Positions 27,668 through 36,955 of a stretch of 37,219 bases of DNA are shown here, piece by piece. The stretch comes from Candidatus Marsarchaeota archaeon (GTDB lineage: Archaea; Micrarchaeota; Micrarchaeia; Micrarchaeales; CABMGC01): assembly GCA_023379075.1 (NCBI GenBank), contig JAMCSO010000026.1, positions 1-37,219 of the forward strand. Direction: 5' to 3'. The notes below the pieces were generated by a model. The model searched no databases and had not been told where the DNA came from. It saw only the letters and a program-made list of their open reading frames with translations. Positions within the stretch are counted from its first letter, which is position 1; each line of letters starts with the position of its first letter. Position numbers and translations under genes: made by a program.

Positions 27668-28132
27668 ATGATAATAGAGATCTATACTGACGGTGCGTCA
27701 AGGGGAAATCCTGGGAAAAGCGCATCTGGATATCTATTCCTGGATGAAAAGGGAAAGCCTCTTTTCAGCCACGTCTTCTATAATGGAATATGCACAAACA
27801 ACAAGGCAGAGTACACAGCAATAATAGAGGCCCTGAAAACTGCTGCATCCTCCTATGGTAAGGATAATGAGATACGGCTGTATTCTGATAGTGAGCTTGT
27901 CGTGAACCAACTCAGTGGTAAATATAAGATCAGGGAAGCGCACCTCAAGCCTCTATATGGCGAAGCAATTGCCCTGCTTGAGACCTTTTCAGGTTTTTCA
28001 ATCCAGAGTGTAAGGCGAGAAAACAAAAACATTGCGAGCGTTGACCAGGAACTGAATATGCTTCTGGACAGGGTAGAGAAGAATCCTCCATCTTCGCAAA
28101 AGACAAGAGCCGAAAGGCAGCGAACACTATGA
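27668..28132 (+). CDS. rnhA: Ribonuclease HI (archaeal/RNase HI-like subfamily)
   Basis: YTDGASRGNPG, TNNKAEY, YSDSELVVNQL.G.YK, VRRE.....D; GGTGA SD. Confidence 0.92.
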   Translation: MIIEIYTDGASRGNPGKSASGYLFLDEKGKPLFSHVFYNGICTNNKAEYTAIIEALKTAASSYGKDNEIRLYSDSELVVNQLSGKYKIREAHLKPLYGEAIALLETFSGFSIQSVRRENKNIASVDQELNMLLDRVEKNPPSSQKTRAERQRTL

Positions 28133-28227
28133 GATTACCAGATAACTTTAAATATCAAATGCAGCCTATTTTTATTGGTTTTGCGGCACTATTTATAAGC
28201 ATTACTTAAAATAAAACGGTATTTTTC

Positions 28228-29736
28228 ATGACAGAGAACAACCCGGACTCCCCAAAGGAAGGCCCGAAATCAGACACCAGCAACGCCAAAGCAAAAGATG
28301 TTTATACTAAGGCTGGTGTCTTTTTCGAACAGAACAAGTTTGAGGAAGCAATAGGGCTATACACAGATGCCATAAATATAGATCCATCTTATGCCAGTGC
28401 CTACTTTAACCGGGCACTGTCCTATGCGATATTAAACAGATACTCTGAGGCCATGGCCGACGCCCAGAAGGTGTTGTCCCTCGAGCCTGAGAGCTTCGAT
28501 GCTCCTTATGTGATGGGCATAATATACGAGTATCAGCATGATTATGAGACTGCAGCAAGCTGGTATGAGAAAGCACTCAGCAGGAATCCGGGCTATGAAC
28601 AAGCAAGAGCCAGGCTTGAACAGATAAAGAATAGGATAACGCCATCGCTTCCGGGTCAGCAGGACCAAGCGATCGCGTCTCCACAAGTACAATCAGATGG
28701 CACTGTGGTACAGGAGGGCCAGTTGAAGAAGGTCAAGTGGCACAAATCAAACATTACCTTTAAGGACGTAGTCGGAATGAAGAAGGAGAAAACCCTAATC
28801 TACGAAAACATAATACTTGCAATAAAGAAACCAGAACTCCTTAAAGCATATGGCAAGAAGATGGGTCTCGGAGTCATATTCTATGGTCCGCCAGGATGCG
28901 GAAAGACTTACTTTGTCAATGCGATAGGCGGAGAGACAGGATCAAAGGTAATGATTGCAAGGATAAATGAGATCGTAGATATGTATGCGGGAAATACTGA
29001 AAAGAACATGCATGCGATATTCGAGCAGGCAAGGAATAACACTCCTGTAGTGGTGTTCTTCGATGAGATAGATGCTCTCGGTGGCAAGCGCGACGGAGGG
29101 GGCGGAGGAGGGGATCAACAGAATTTCATGAGAATGGCCGTAAATCAATTCCTCCAGGAGATGGATGGTGTGGAGAAGAATCCCGAAGGCATATTCGTAA
29201 TAGGCGCTACAAACCAACCCTGGGACATAGATCCTGCGCTAAAGCGAAGCAAACGATTCGGAGAAGCAATATATATACCACCGCCAGACTACAAAACAAG
29301 GAAGCAGGCATTCATATACAACACAAGAAAGATGCCAATAGGCAGAATTAATTTTGGCAGGCTCGCAAGGGCAACGATCGGCTTTTCTCAGGCAGACATA
29401 GAAGAGATATCTGACAAGGCCGCTCTAATACCTGCAGCAGAGGAGGACAGAACTGGAAAGAGCAGGAAGATCCTGATGCGCGATTTCCTTAGGATGATAA
29501 AGACACACGGAAACACGCTGGATGAATGCCTGCTTCCTTGTTTTGTAGTCTTAATAAGCAAGACCGAGACCCAGATTGTTGACGGCAAGAAACAGACAAT
29601 AGTTAAGGAGGGGAAGCTCTCCGCAGAAGAAAAGAGCAAGTACAAAGCCTTAATCAAGGACGTAAAGAGGAATAGCAACCCTATTTATTCCTCAATAAAA
29701 AAGGTCATAAGATACATCTCGCTTTACGCAGTATGA
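28228..29736 (+). CDS. TPR-repeat AAA+ ATPase
   Basis: Three N-terminal TPRs; FKDVVG, Walker A GPPGCGKT, pore loop MYAG, Walker B FFDEID, SRH ATNQPWDIDPALKRSKRF. Confidence 0.9.
   Translation: MTENNPDSPKEGPKSDTSNAKAKDVYTKAGVFFEQNKFEEAIGLYTDAINIDPSYASAYFNRALSYAILNRYSEAMADAQKVLSLEPESFDAPYVMGIIYEYQHDYETAASWYEKALSRNPGYEQARARLEQIKNRITPSLPGQQDQAIASPQVQSDGTVVQEGQLKKVKWHKSNITFKDVVGMKKEKTLIYENIILAIKKPELLKAYGKKMGLGVIFYGPPGCGKTYFVNAIGGETGSKVMIARINEIVDMYAGNTEKNMHAIFEQARNNTPVVVFFDEIDALGGKRDGGGGGGDQQNFMRMAVNQFLQEMDGVEKNPEGIFVIGATNQPWDIDPALKRSKRFGEAIYIPPPDYKTRKQAFIYNTRKMPIGRINFGRLARATIGFSQADIEEISDKAALIPAAEEDRTGKSRKILMRDFLRMIKTHGNTLDECLLPCFVVLISKTETQIVDGKKQTIVKEGKLSAEEKSKYKALIKDVKRNSNPIYSSIKKVIRYISLYAV
29286..29551. 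repeat. Perfect 30-bp inverted repeat (29286-29315 / 29522-29551)
   Basis: AGACTACAAAACAAGGAAGCAGGCATTCAT and its exact reverse complement ATGAATGCCTGCTTCCTTGTTTTGTAGTCT, separated by 206 bp. Confidence 0.95.
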
Positions 29737-29772
29737 TATCTCTTTTTAAATATTTTCAGAAAAGCAGTAATC

Positions 29773-30246
29773 ATGAAAGAACTCTTTCCATTGAACGTGG
29801 GGATAAGCAAGATACGAGGCATGCTTAAACTAATAAAAGAGAATGGAGGATCCATGGAGCTCTCCAGGCTTTCCAGTTATTCTGAAGAAGACATAGGGGA
29901 TCTAATGCTTCTAATAGAAGCAGCAAACCTCCTAAATCTCTCTAAGGTCAAGAATACTACAATAGTATTGACAGAAAAGGGAAAGTCTCTGACACTTGCA
30001 AATTCCTCAAAGCTTCTAAGAGACGAGATAATAAAGATAGAGCCATTCAAAAGCATCCTCACTGCGGTATCAAAAGAGAGGATGACAACAACCGACATAT
30101 CAGATTATCTTCGGTCTAAAAAGATAATCTTCCATGCCGATGAGAAAACAAATGTCCTACTTATAAAAAACCTGCTGTTAAACTGGTGCATACGCACAAA
30201 GATGCTCAAGTATAATAGCAGAAAAGATCTGTGGTGCGCTTTCTGA
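29773..30246 (+). CDS. Stand-alone AAA-associated C-terminal domain of NitT/TauT-type ABC ATPases
   Basis: LFPL.V....I.G.L..I...GG...L..L......I.DL..LIEAA.LL......I.LT.KG pattern; adjacent to the cognate ABC ATPase. Confidence 0.7.
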   Translation: MKELFPLNVGISKIRGMLKLIKENGGSMELSRLSSYSEEDIGDLMLLIEAANLLNLSKVKNTTIVLTEKGKSLTLANSSKLLRDEIIKIEPFKSILTAVSKERMTTTDISDYLRSKKIIFHADEKTNVLLIKNLLLNWCIRTKMLKYNSRKDLWCAF

Positions 30247-30248
30247 TT

Positions 30249-31013
30249 CTATTTGGCCAGATCCGCATATACTCTGTCCACAATATCTAAGAACTCACTG
30301 CTCCTCTTGTTCCTGGGCCGCCCAAGCCTGACGTTTTCGACTACTTTGATGTGTGTTGGTTTGTCTGAAAGGATGATAATCCTGTCGCTCACCTCAACCG
30401 CCTCTTCAACATTATGTGTCACCATTATAACACAACTAACAGAGATGCTTTTGTTCCTTAGCATCTCTATGACATCTGCCCTCAATGCGCTAGCGGTCAG
30501 CTCATCCAATGCGCTGAAAGGTTCGTCCATCAAAAGTACTCTCGGCTCTGAAGCTATCGCCCTTGCCATTCCAACACGCTGTTTCATGCCTCCGCTAAGT
30601 ACATTAGGATATGAGTCCTCAAATCCCCCAAGCCCGAAACTTTCTAGAAGCATGGTTGCCTTCTTTCTCCTATCCTCTTCACTCATCTCGGTTCCAGACA
30701 AGCCAATTTCCACATTCTCTAAGTTAGTTAGCCAAGGCAGAAGCGCAAAATCTTGAAATACGAAAGAGATGCCCCTAGTCGGCCCATCTATATCCTTTCC
30801 CATATATAAAACGCGACCGCCAGTTTGTGTGATAAGTCCAGCAATTATCCTAAGAAGCGTACTTTTTCCACAGCCAGAAGGCCCCACAAGCGACACGAAT
30901 TCTCCAAAATGTGCTGAAAAAGATATATTATCTATAATCTCTGTGCCACTCTGGCCATATGAGAAAGATACATTCTCTATCTTTAGTATCTCCTCTTTTC
31001 TACTTGTAGACAT
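30249..31013 (-). CDS. ABC transporter ATP-binding protein, nitrate/sulfonate (NitT/TauT) family
   Basis: GPSGCGKST, VFQDFALLPW, LSGGMKQR, LLMDEPFSALD, VTHNVEEAV. Confidence 0.95.
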   Translation of the reverse strand: MSTSRKEEILKIENVSFSYGQSGTEIIDNISFSAHFGEFVSLVGPSGCGKSTLLRIIAGLITQTGGRVLYMGKDIDGPTRGISFVFQDFALLPWLTNLENVEIGLSGTEMSEEDRRKKATMLLESFGLGGFEDSYPNVLSGGMKQRVGMARAIASEPRVLLMDEPFSALDELTASALRADVIEMLRNKSISVSCVIMVTHNVEEAVEVSDRIIILSDKPTHIKVVENVRLGRPRNKRSSEFLDIVDRVYADLAK

Positions 31014-32556
31014 CAGACACCCTCTTATAGAGTCTTTTCCATATGAACGTATTTATTAATAAGATCATTGCTGTAAGGTTGAGAAGGCCAAGAAGCATCA
31101 TTTCAAAATTCCCAGATGCAAGAGAAAGGTCAAGAAACTTTCCCATACCTATTCCAACTGAACTTATAACACCACTCCCACTGCCTCCTATCCCTGTAGT
31201 AGTGAAATACTCTGCAACGATGCTTGCATTCCACTCCGCAGCTATTGCTGTCACGCTTCCAGTAACTAATCCTGGCAAGAGCGCCTTAATATAAATATTT
31301 TTCCACGCCTTCCACTTCTTCACACCGAATATTTTCTTAACTTCCATTATCTCAGGGTTAAGACTCCTCAGATTTCCTACTGCGCTGAATATCACATACC
31401 ATATCCCGCTAAGAAAGAAGACTGACAAGGCCACAAGCTCACCATTCTTGAGGGAGTATGCAATTGCCGGCAGTATTATTGTTGCGGGAATTGAAGCGAG
31501 AATCTGAAAAAGTGCAAGGTATCTCTGGCCATGCTTTGCTACAAATACGATGTACGCAGACAATGGCACCGCGATAACCATAAATATGGCGAACACCCCC
31601 CACACTCTTACAAACGTAGCCGCAAGGCTAAGGAGAACAAACGATTCCTGGGCAACTATATCTGGATGCTTAAATAGCACATACCCAGAGATCAGAACAA
31701 GGAGAAAGACAAGCGGGTATAGTATGGTCTTAAGCTGGTGTTTATCCGCATCTTGACTTACTTTCTTTATCAAATGCCTCTTTGGTTGATTTGTTCTCTT
31801 CACAAATCCTGCTCCAAAGTAAGTAACCTTCTTTATGAATAATTCATTGATGTCAAAATGATAGCGTTTCCTCTCTTTTTTGTAATTCTCCCTGCTGTAT
31901 CTATATGCATAATTCTGTAGCGGAACGAAGAACAAGAACCTGGTTCCGATAACAAACAGTATGAAGATTATAATACCTAAAATATAACCAAATGTCTGAC
32001 CTCCGCTTGCAAGTCCTGTAAGAGCTATCCCTATCCCATGATGGACTTCATAGGTTGCGTTTCCTGCAGAGAATATCTCGCTTGTAACAAGATAAAAAAG
32101 CCCTATAGACCAGGAAAGTATGGATTGTTCAGTGATCCTTGGCAATGCCGCAGGCGCGTATATCTTCGTCAGACGCTGCAAAGGCCCTAAATGGTAGGTT
32201 GATGCTATCTCAAGGAACTCACTTGGCATTGTCTTTATCGCTTCATAAACTCCAAAGATTATGTTCCATATCATGCTTGTTACTACAAGGAAGATGACCG
32301 CAGCGTTTATCCCTATATATCCTGGCAAGAATCCGACTATCAAAAATATTGCTATGGGGAAGAATGCAAGTATCGGAAGCGTCTGGAAGATATCTACAAG
32401 CGGCAATATTAACTTCTCACCAATCCTCGATCTTGCAGCAAAGATCCCTACGAAAAAGCTTATAATAATGGATATGAATAAAGCAGCAAACATCCTAAGC
32501 CATGAGTATATGGTATCTAATATCAGCCCAGAAAGAAGACCTACAAGCGCAGCCAT
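31000..32556 (-). CDS. ABC transporter permease with two fused TM domains (NitT/TauT family)
   Basis: Two repeats of the permease module (DIFQTLPILAFFP...WNIIFGVY; QILASIPA...WYVIFS...EWNASIVAE). Confidence 0.92.
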   Translation of the reverse strand: MAALVGLLSGLILDTIYSWLRMFAALFISIIISFFVGIFAARSRIGEKLILPLVDIFQTLPILAFFPIAIFLIVGFLPGYIGINAAVIFLVVTSMIWNIIFGVYEAIKTMPSEFLEIASTYHLGPLQRLTKIYAPAALPRITEQSILSWSIGLFYLVTSEIFSAGNATYEVHHGIGIALTGLASGGQTFGYILGIIIFILFVIGTRFLFFVPLQNYAYRYSRENYKKERKRYHFDINELFIKKVTYFGAGFVKRTNQPKRHLIKKVSQDADKHQLKTILYPLVFLLVLISGYVLFKHPDIVAQESFVLLSLAATFVRVWGVFAIFMVIAVPLSAYIVFVAKHGQRYLALFQILASIPATIILPAIAYSLKNGELVALSVFFLSGIWYVIFSAVGNLRSLNPEIMEVKKIFGVKKWKAWKNIYIKALLPGLVTGSVTAIAAEWNASIVAEYFTTTGIGGSGSGVISSVGIGMGKFLDLSLASGNFEMMLLGLLNLTAMILLINTFIWKRLYKRVSDVYK

Positions 32557-32661
32557 GCTTATAAGAAGAAAAAAAACCTTAAAAAGCTGTTAGACTGATC
32601 GAATAGCAAAAAAGGGAAAAACCTTATATTACTGTCTTCTTTTAGCTTATTGGCGATTGGG

Positions 32662-33645
32662 ATGAAGAAAACTACACAGCAGGTGAGAAAGAGGGTTGTC
32701 AAAACGCAGAGCTCCAAGAAGCGTGGCAGACTGCATATTCCTTTCAGAAAGGCGGTGGACGCCGATGCCGAGACTCTGTTTATACGATACTTAATGGAAT
32801 CTGACTACTGCTATGATGTTAATCCTATATCAAGATACCTGCTGTACAACGCAACTCCGTCAACAAAGAAGCTTGTTTATGGCTTCGGCCACCATCTTGG
32901 AATAAGAATACACCAGGAGTCTGGATCTTCAAAAAATCTCCTGCCTGCGCTCTTGGAAAAAATAGGGGTCGGGAAAACCCTATATATCCCTTCTGCAGAG
33001 ACCTTAATTATAAAGTCAACACCACGAGTAACAATCAACAGCGGTATACTTGCGCATATAATGGAAGCAGGAATCATCTCTGGGTACCTCTCCTCCTTCA
33101 CCGGAGAGACGGTGGCCACTAGGGAGACTGCATGTTCCTTCAATGGCGACGGGCTATGCAAGTTCGAGTCGTACGCCAGCAACACCGATCCTGACTTTAG
33201 TGACAAGCTCGCAGAAATAAGCGAAATCTTGAAGAGCGCCCTCTCTGATGTAAGTGATACTAGAGCACCAACAAACGGATATTATGCCCTCTTATCAATG
33301 ATCCCAATGCTCAGTGCTCCTCTTTCAACAGAATTATCAAAGCTGTTATACTTGGCGGGCTCTATGGCTGCCGAGCATTCTGAAAAAGGCAACGAACGAG
33401 GTGCATTATCTCAAATCTCATATTTTCTGGATCTGGAAAATACCTTCTTTGAGAAAAAAGGGGTTCGCGCATCAATAATACTAAAATATAAACCTTACAA
33501 TTCTAATATTCCATTTATAGACCTTTCAGCGTCAATGTTTGCCGGTTTTGCGAGCAGTATGTTTGGCAGGGAAATCGCTGTCGAGAGTGCTGTTGATAAT
33601 AACAGAAATTATCTCGTAAAGCTCAGTACGGCAGGGCGCATATAA
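32662..33645 (+). CDS. V4R-domain protein
   Basis: H..EAGIISGYLS......V..RETACSFNGDGLCKF V4R signature plus a degenerate second copy; basic N-terminus. Confidence 0.7.
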   Translation: MKKTTQQVRKRVVKTQSSKKRGRLHIPFRKAVDADAETLFIRYLMESDYCYDVNPISRYLLYNATPSTKKLVYGFGHHLGIRIHQESGSSKNLLPALLEKIGVGKTLYIPSAETLIIKSTPRVTINSGILAHIMEAGIISGYLSSFTGETVATRETACSFNGDGLCKFESYASNTDPDFSDKLAEISEILKSALSDVSDTRAPTNGYYALLSMIPMLSAPLSTELSKLLYLAGSMAAEHSEKGNERGALSQISYFLDLENTFFEKKGVRASIILKYKPYNSNIPFIDLSASMFAGFASSMFGREIAVESAVDNNRNYLVKLSTAGRI

Positions 33646-33661
33646 CAAACATGTGTTTCAA

Positions 33662-35104
33662 ATGAAGTTTAACTTCTTAGATTCAATAATAAAGTTTGTA
33701 CCGAGCATTAAGAAGCCCGACAGGCCTCTCTCGCTAAAAGAGAAGCTGAAGTGGACAGGCCTGATAATGACAATCTACTTTGTACTATTCAACACCCCAA
33801 TCTTCGGTGTGAATGAGGCTCAGATACAGAACTCTGTGCTCCAACTAATAAGCATCATATCTGCTTCAAACATAGGCAGCTTGATGACTGTTGGTATAAT
33901 TCCTATAGTGCTATCAAGCCTGGTCCTACAGCTGCTTCAGGGAGCAGAGATCATAAAAATAGACCTTACTGATCCAGAGCAGAAGGGAAAGTTCCAGAGC
34001 ATACAGAAGCTCGTCGCAGTTTCAATAGCTGTTGTTGAATCGATAGTGTATGCGTATGTTGGATACGTTCCAATAATAAGCGGCTTCTTTGTTCTAGTGG
34101 TTCTGCAGATGTCACTGGGTGCAGTGATAGTCATCTTCCTTGACGAAACCATGGTGAAATACGGCGTTACTTCCGGTATAAATCTATTCATAGCTGGGGG
34201 AGTTGCATACTCAATAATAAACGGTACGGTAAGGATCCTTATTCCGGGTGCGGCTACGGCACTGAGTAATGGCGGAGGCATACCTGGAGCAGTACTGGCA
34301 ATAGCCCCTCTCTTCTTCACAGCAGTGGTCCTTATCATAAGTGTATACATCTACGACATAAAAGTGGAGCTTCCACTGGCATTCTCACAGTTCAGGGGGA
34401 TAGGTGGAAGACTTCCAATACCATTCTTATACACAAGCGTAATTCCTGTTATCTTCGCAACAACTTTGTTGCTAAGCTTTACTGTCTGGTTCCGGTTTCT
34501 TGCTGGTGTAACAGGAGGCCTTGCGTCCCTAGCCCACTTCATAGCTTATTATCAAAATATCAATGGCGTGCCAACACTCTCTGGGGGGCTGGTTTATTTA
34601 ATATCCCCTTCATTCCAATTCTCACCGCTGCCTGCTCCAGCAGGGAGTGGATACTATGCATATATTAACAATCTGATAACTGGCACAAGCCCTCTATATT
34701 TCCCATTCGGTGGAATGGTTTTGGTTCCAGAATTGGTGCACATAGTCATTTATTTGGTAGTATTTGTCCTTCTTTGCATACTCTTTGGCAAATTCTGGGT
34801 AGAGATGACTGGACAGAGCCCCAAGAATTATGCATCTCAGCTAAACGAGGTCGGCATGCATATTCCTGGGTTCAGGAGAGATCCTAGAATAATTGAAAAC
34901 GTTCTCAACAAATACATTCCTTCCATAACTGTTCTGGGAAGCGCGTCAGTCGCGCTTCTTGCAGCACTTGCAAACCTGACCGGGGCGTTGGGAAGCGGAA
35001 TAGGCGTGCTTCTTACTGTAGGTATAATGTACATGCTATATCAACAGCTGGAGCAGGATAATCTGACGCAATCAATACCTGTCCTGGATAAACTCATTTC
35101 ATGA
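33662..35104 (+). CDS. secY: Preprotein translocase subunit SecY
   Basis: KEKLKWT, GSLMTVGIIPIV, LDE..KYGV.SGINLFI, YTSVIPVIF, IPGFRRD, GSGIGVLLTV. Confidence 0.97.
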   Translation: MKFNFLDSIIKFVPSIKKPDRPLSLKEKLKWTGLIMTIYFVLFNTPIFGVNEAQIQNSVLQLISIISASNIGSLMTVGIIPIVLSSLVLQLLQGAEIIKIDLTDPEQKGKFQSIQKLVAVSIAVVESIVYAYVGYVPIISGFFVLVVLQMSLGAVIVIFLDETMVKYGVTSGINLFIAGGVAYSIINGTVRILIPGAATALSNGGGIPGAVLAIAPLFFTAVVLIISVYIYDIKVELPLAFSQFRGIGGRLPIPFLYTSVIPVIFATTLLLSFTVWFRFLAGVTGGLASLAHFIAYYQNINGVPTLSGGLVYLISPSFQFSPLPAPAGSGYYAYINNLITGTSPLYFPFGGMVLVPELVHIVIYLVVFVLLCILFGKFWVEMTGQSPKNYASQLNEVGMHIPGFRRDPRIIENVLNKYIPSITVLGSASVALLAALANLTGALGSGIGVLLTVGIMYMLYQQLEQDNLTQSIPVLDKLIS

Positions 35105-35126
35105 AGCAATCTAAAAATAGCGTTAT

Positions 35127-35573
35127 TTAGCTCTTGGGGGAAGTATCTTCTATCGCAAGATCATTCTTCCTTCCTCCCCTCTTTTCCTGCTTTCCGGTCC
35201 TGGCTCCGGCAAACAAAAGGTCCAAATCTTCCTGCTTTTCCACATCAATCCACGATTTTATATATATTCCCATATTCTTAAGCGGCTTCGAGTACCTGTC
35301 AGTAAAGCTGTAAATATTATTTTCATGCTTGAGTAAACCAACCCTAACTCCAAAATCCAGATACCTCTTCCACGTTGCCAATGGAAGCATATCCTCGCAA
35401 TCCTTCAGCCTAATCTCGCCCTTTTTCTTAACTGTGGATAAGACAAGGGCGAATCTGAATGCCTTTGTCTCGTTGTCAAAATATATCTTAGCAACATCCT
35501 TTACGCTAGGATCCTTAAGCTTCTCCCTCAATGGAGCATCTTCGAATTCCCAATACTTTAGCATAAAACCCAT
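35127..35573 (-). CDS. Hypothetical protein, possible winged-helix
   Basis: ATWKRYLDFGVRVGLLKHENNIYSF resembles a recognition helix plus wing; co-oriented downstream of the DRG GTPase. Confidence 0.55.
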   Translation of the reverse strand: MGFMLKYWEFEDAPLREKLKDPSVKDVAKIYFDNETKAFRFALVLSTVKKKGEIRLKDCEDMLPLATWKRYLDFGVRVGLLKHENNIYSFTDRYSKPLKNMGIYIKSWIDVEKQEDLDLLFAGARTGKQEKRGGRKNDLAIEDTSPKS

Positions 35574-35595
35574 TCATCTTTCCAAACAGAAAAAT

Positions 35596-36717
35596 TTAAG
35601 TCTTGCTATAGATAAGTGTGACAACGTCTCGATCCTCAACCACATGTGTGCTTCCAACCTTTTGATTGCTGAACTTGACACTCTTTCCAGTTACGTATGC
35701 ATACCTTAGGTTGTTTGCTATCTTGGAATGGAGTGTCTTCGCAACAGTAAAAACCGAGCTACCTTTCTTGACTACAAGCGGCTTTGCAAGGTCCACCTCT
35801 CCATCTTTCGGTTTTAAGAATATTCTTATTAATTCAAGATTGTTAAATATTGCATCCTTCAGCTCCTCAATGTTCTTTTTTTCAGCGGCGCTTACAAGAA
35901 CCACCTCCATTTCTGTCTTCTCTACTATTTCCTTGCGTATGCGCTCGCATTCAGAACTGCTCAGTGTATCTATTTTGTTAAGAGCAACAATACCCTTTAT
36001 GTAAACGATGTTATCAGAGAGCATATCCACAAGCTGGTCCGAGTCAAGATCCTGATGCAGTATCAGATTTGCATTGTATATTCCGAATTCGTTGAATATC
36101 TTCATCACGCTTCTTGGATCCGGGACAGAGTGCCCATTTTTCTCAATGTTGATTCCTCCTGTACTTGATCGCTCTATTCTTGCCCTGGGGGCCCGCTTGT
36201 TTAATCGTATGCCGAGCATGTCCAGCTCGTCGAGAAGCGTGAAAAGATCTGTGTAATTGTTGATATCTACAACAAACAGAATTAACTCGGTCACCCTAAT
36301 AACGCTAGCGATCTTCGCTCCGCCCCCCTTTCCAGAGGAAGCTTCTTCTATAAGTCCGGGCAGATCCAGAACCTGGATATTTGCTCCCTTGTGACGTAGC
36401 ATTCCCGGAATGACTTCAAGGGTCGTGAATGCATATCCAGCAACTTTCGATTCGACATTTGTGAGAATTCCCAAAAGCGATGACTTTCCTGCATTTGGAA
36501 AACCGACAAGAGCAACGACTCCGTCACCGCTTTTCTTGACTGAAAATCCTGCACCCTTGACACTCTTTCGCTCTGTCATCTGCTTGTTTATGCTGGCGAT
36601 CTTTGCGCGTATCATACTAAGGTGCTTGTTAGTAGCCTTGTTATCTTTCGTTTTGGAATACTCTTCCCTTAACTCTTCAAGTTCTTGCTGAAGGCTTTTC
36701 TTGTCTTTCATAAGCAT
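35596..36717 (-). CDS. DRG-family (Obg-like) GTPase with C-terminal TGS domain
   Basis: NKATNKH, GFSVKKSG, G1 GFPNAGKS, G2 YAFTT, G3 DLPG, G4 NKID, TGS (YAYVTGKSVKF..QKVG..H). Start 36711/36717; ORF is open to 36792. Confidence 0.93.
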   Translation of the reverse strand: MLMKDKKSLQQELEELREEYSKTKDNKATNKHLSMIRAKIASINKQMTERKSVKGAGFSVKKSGDGVVALVGFPNAGKSSLLGILTNVESKVAGYAFTTLEVIPGMLRHKGANIQVLDLPGLIEEASSGKGGGAKIASVIRVTELILFVVDINNYTDLFTLLDELDMLGIRLNKRAPRARIERSSTGGINIEKNGHSVPDPRSVMKIFNEFGIYNANLILHQDLDSDQLVDMLSDNIVYIKGIVALNKIDTLSSSECERIRKEIVEKTEMEVVLVSAAEKKNIEELKDAIFNNLELIRIFLKPKDGEVDLAKPLVVKKGSSVFTVAKTLHSKIANNLRYAYVTGKSVKFSNQKVGSTHVVEDRDVVTLIYSKT

Positions 36718-36890
36718 CCTACCTGCCACATCCTCGCAATCCAAGAATTTTTTTTCAAGCGAATATTTACGTATATCTGCATTACCCGACATATATGGAC
36801 ATACATAACTTTATATTTCCGTCAGCATTAAACTTCATAGTTATTTAAATACCTATTTAATTGCTATAATAAATACCAATAGTGGATGAA

Positions 36891-36947
36891 ATGGCAGCAA
36901 AGAAAGCGTCTAAAAAGGCGTCAAAGAAGAAGTCAAAGAAGAGATAA
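36891..36947 (+). CDS. Putative 18-aa lysine-rich micropeptide MAAKKASKKASKKKSKKR
   Basis: Hand-translated. TATA TTTAAATA at 36844-36851, GTGGA upstream of the ATG, T-rich tract after the stop. Amino-acid repeat encoded with varied synonymous codons. Confidence 0.65.
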   Translation: MAAKKASKKASKKKSKKR

Positions 36948-36955
36948 GTGTTGAA

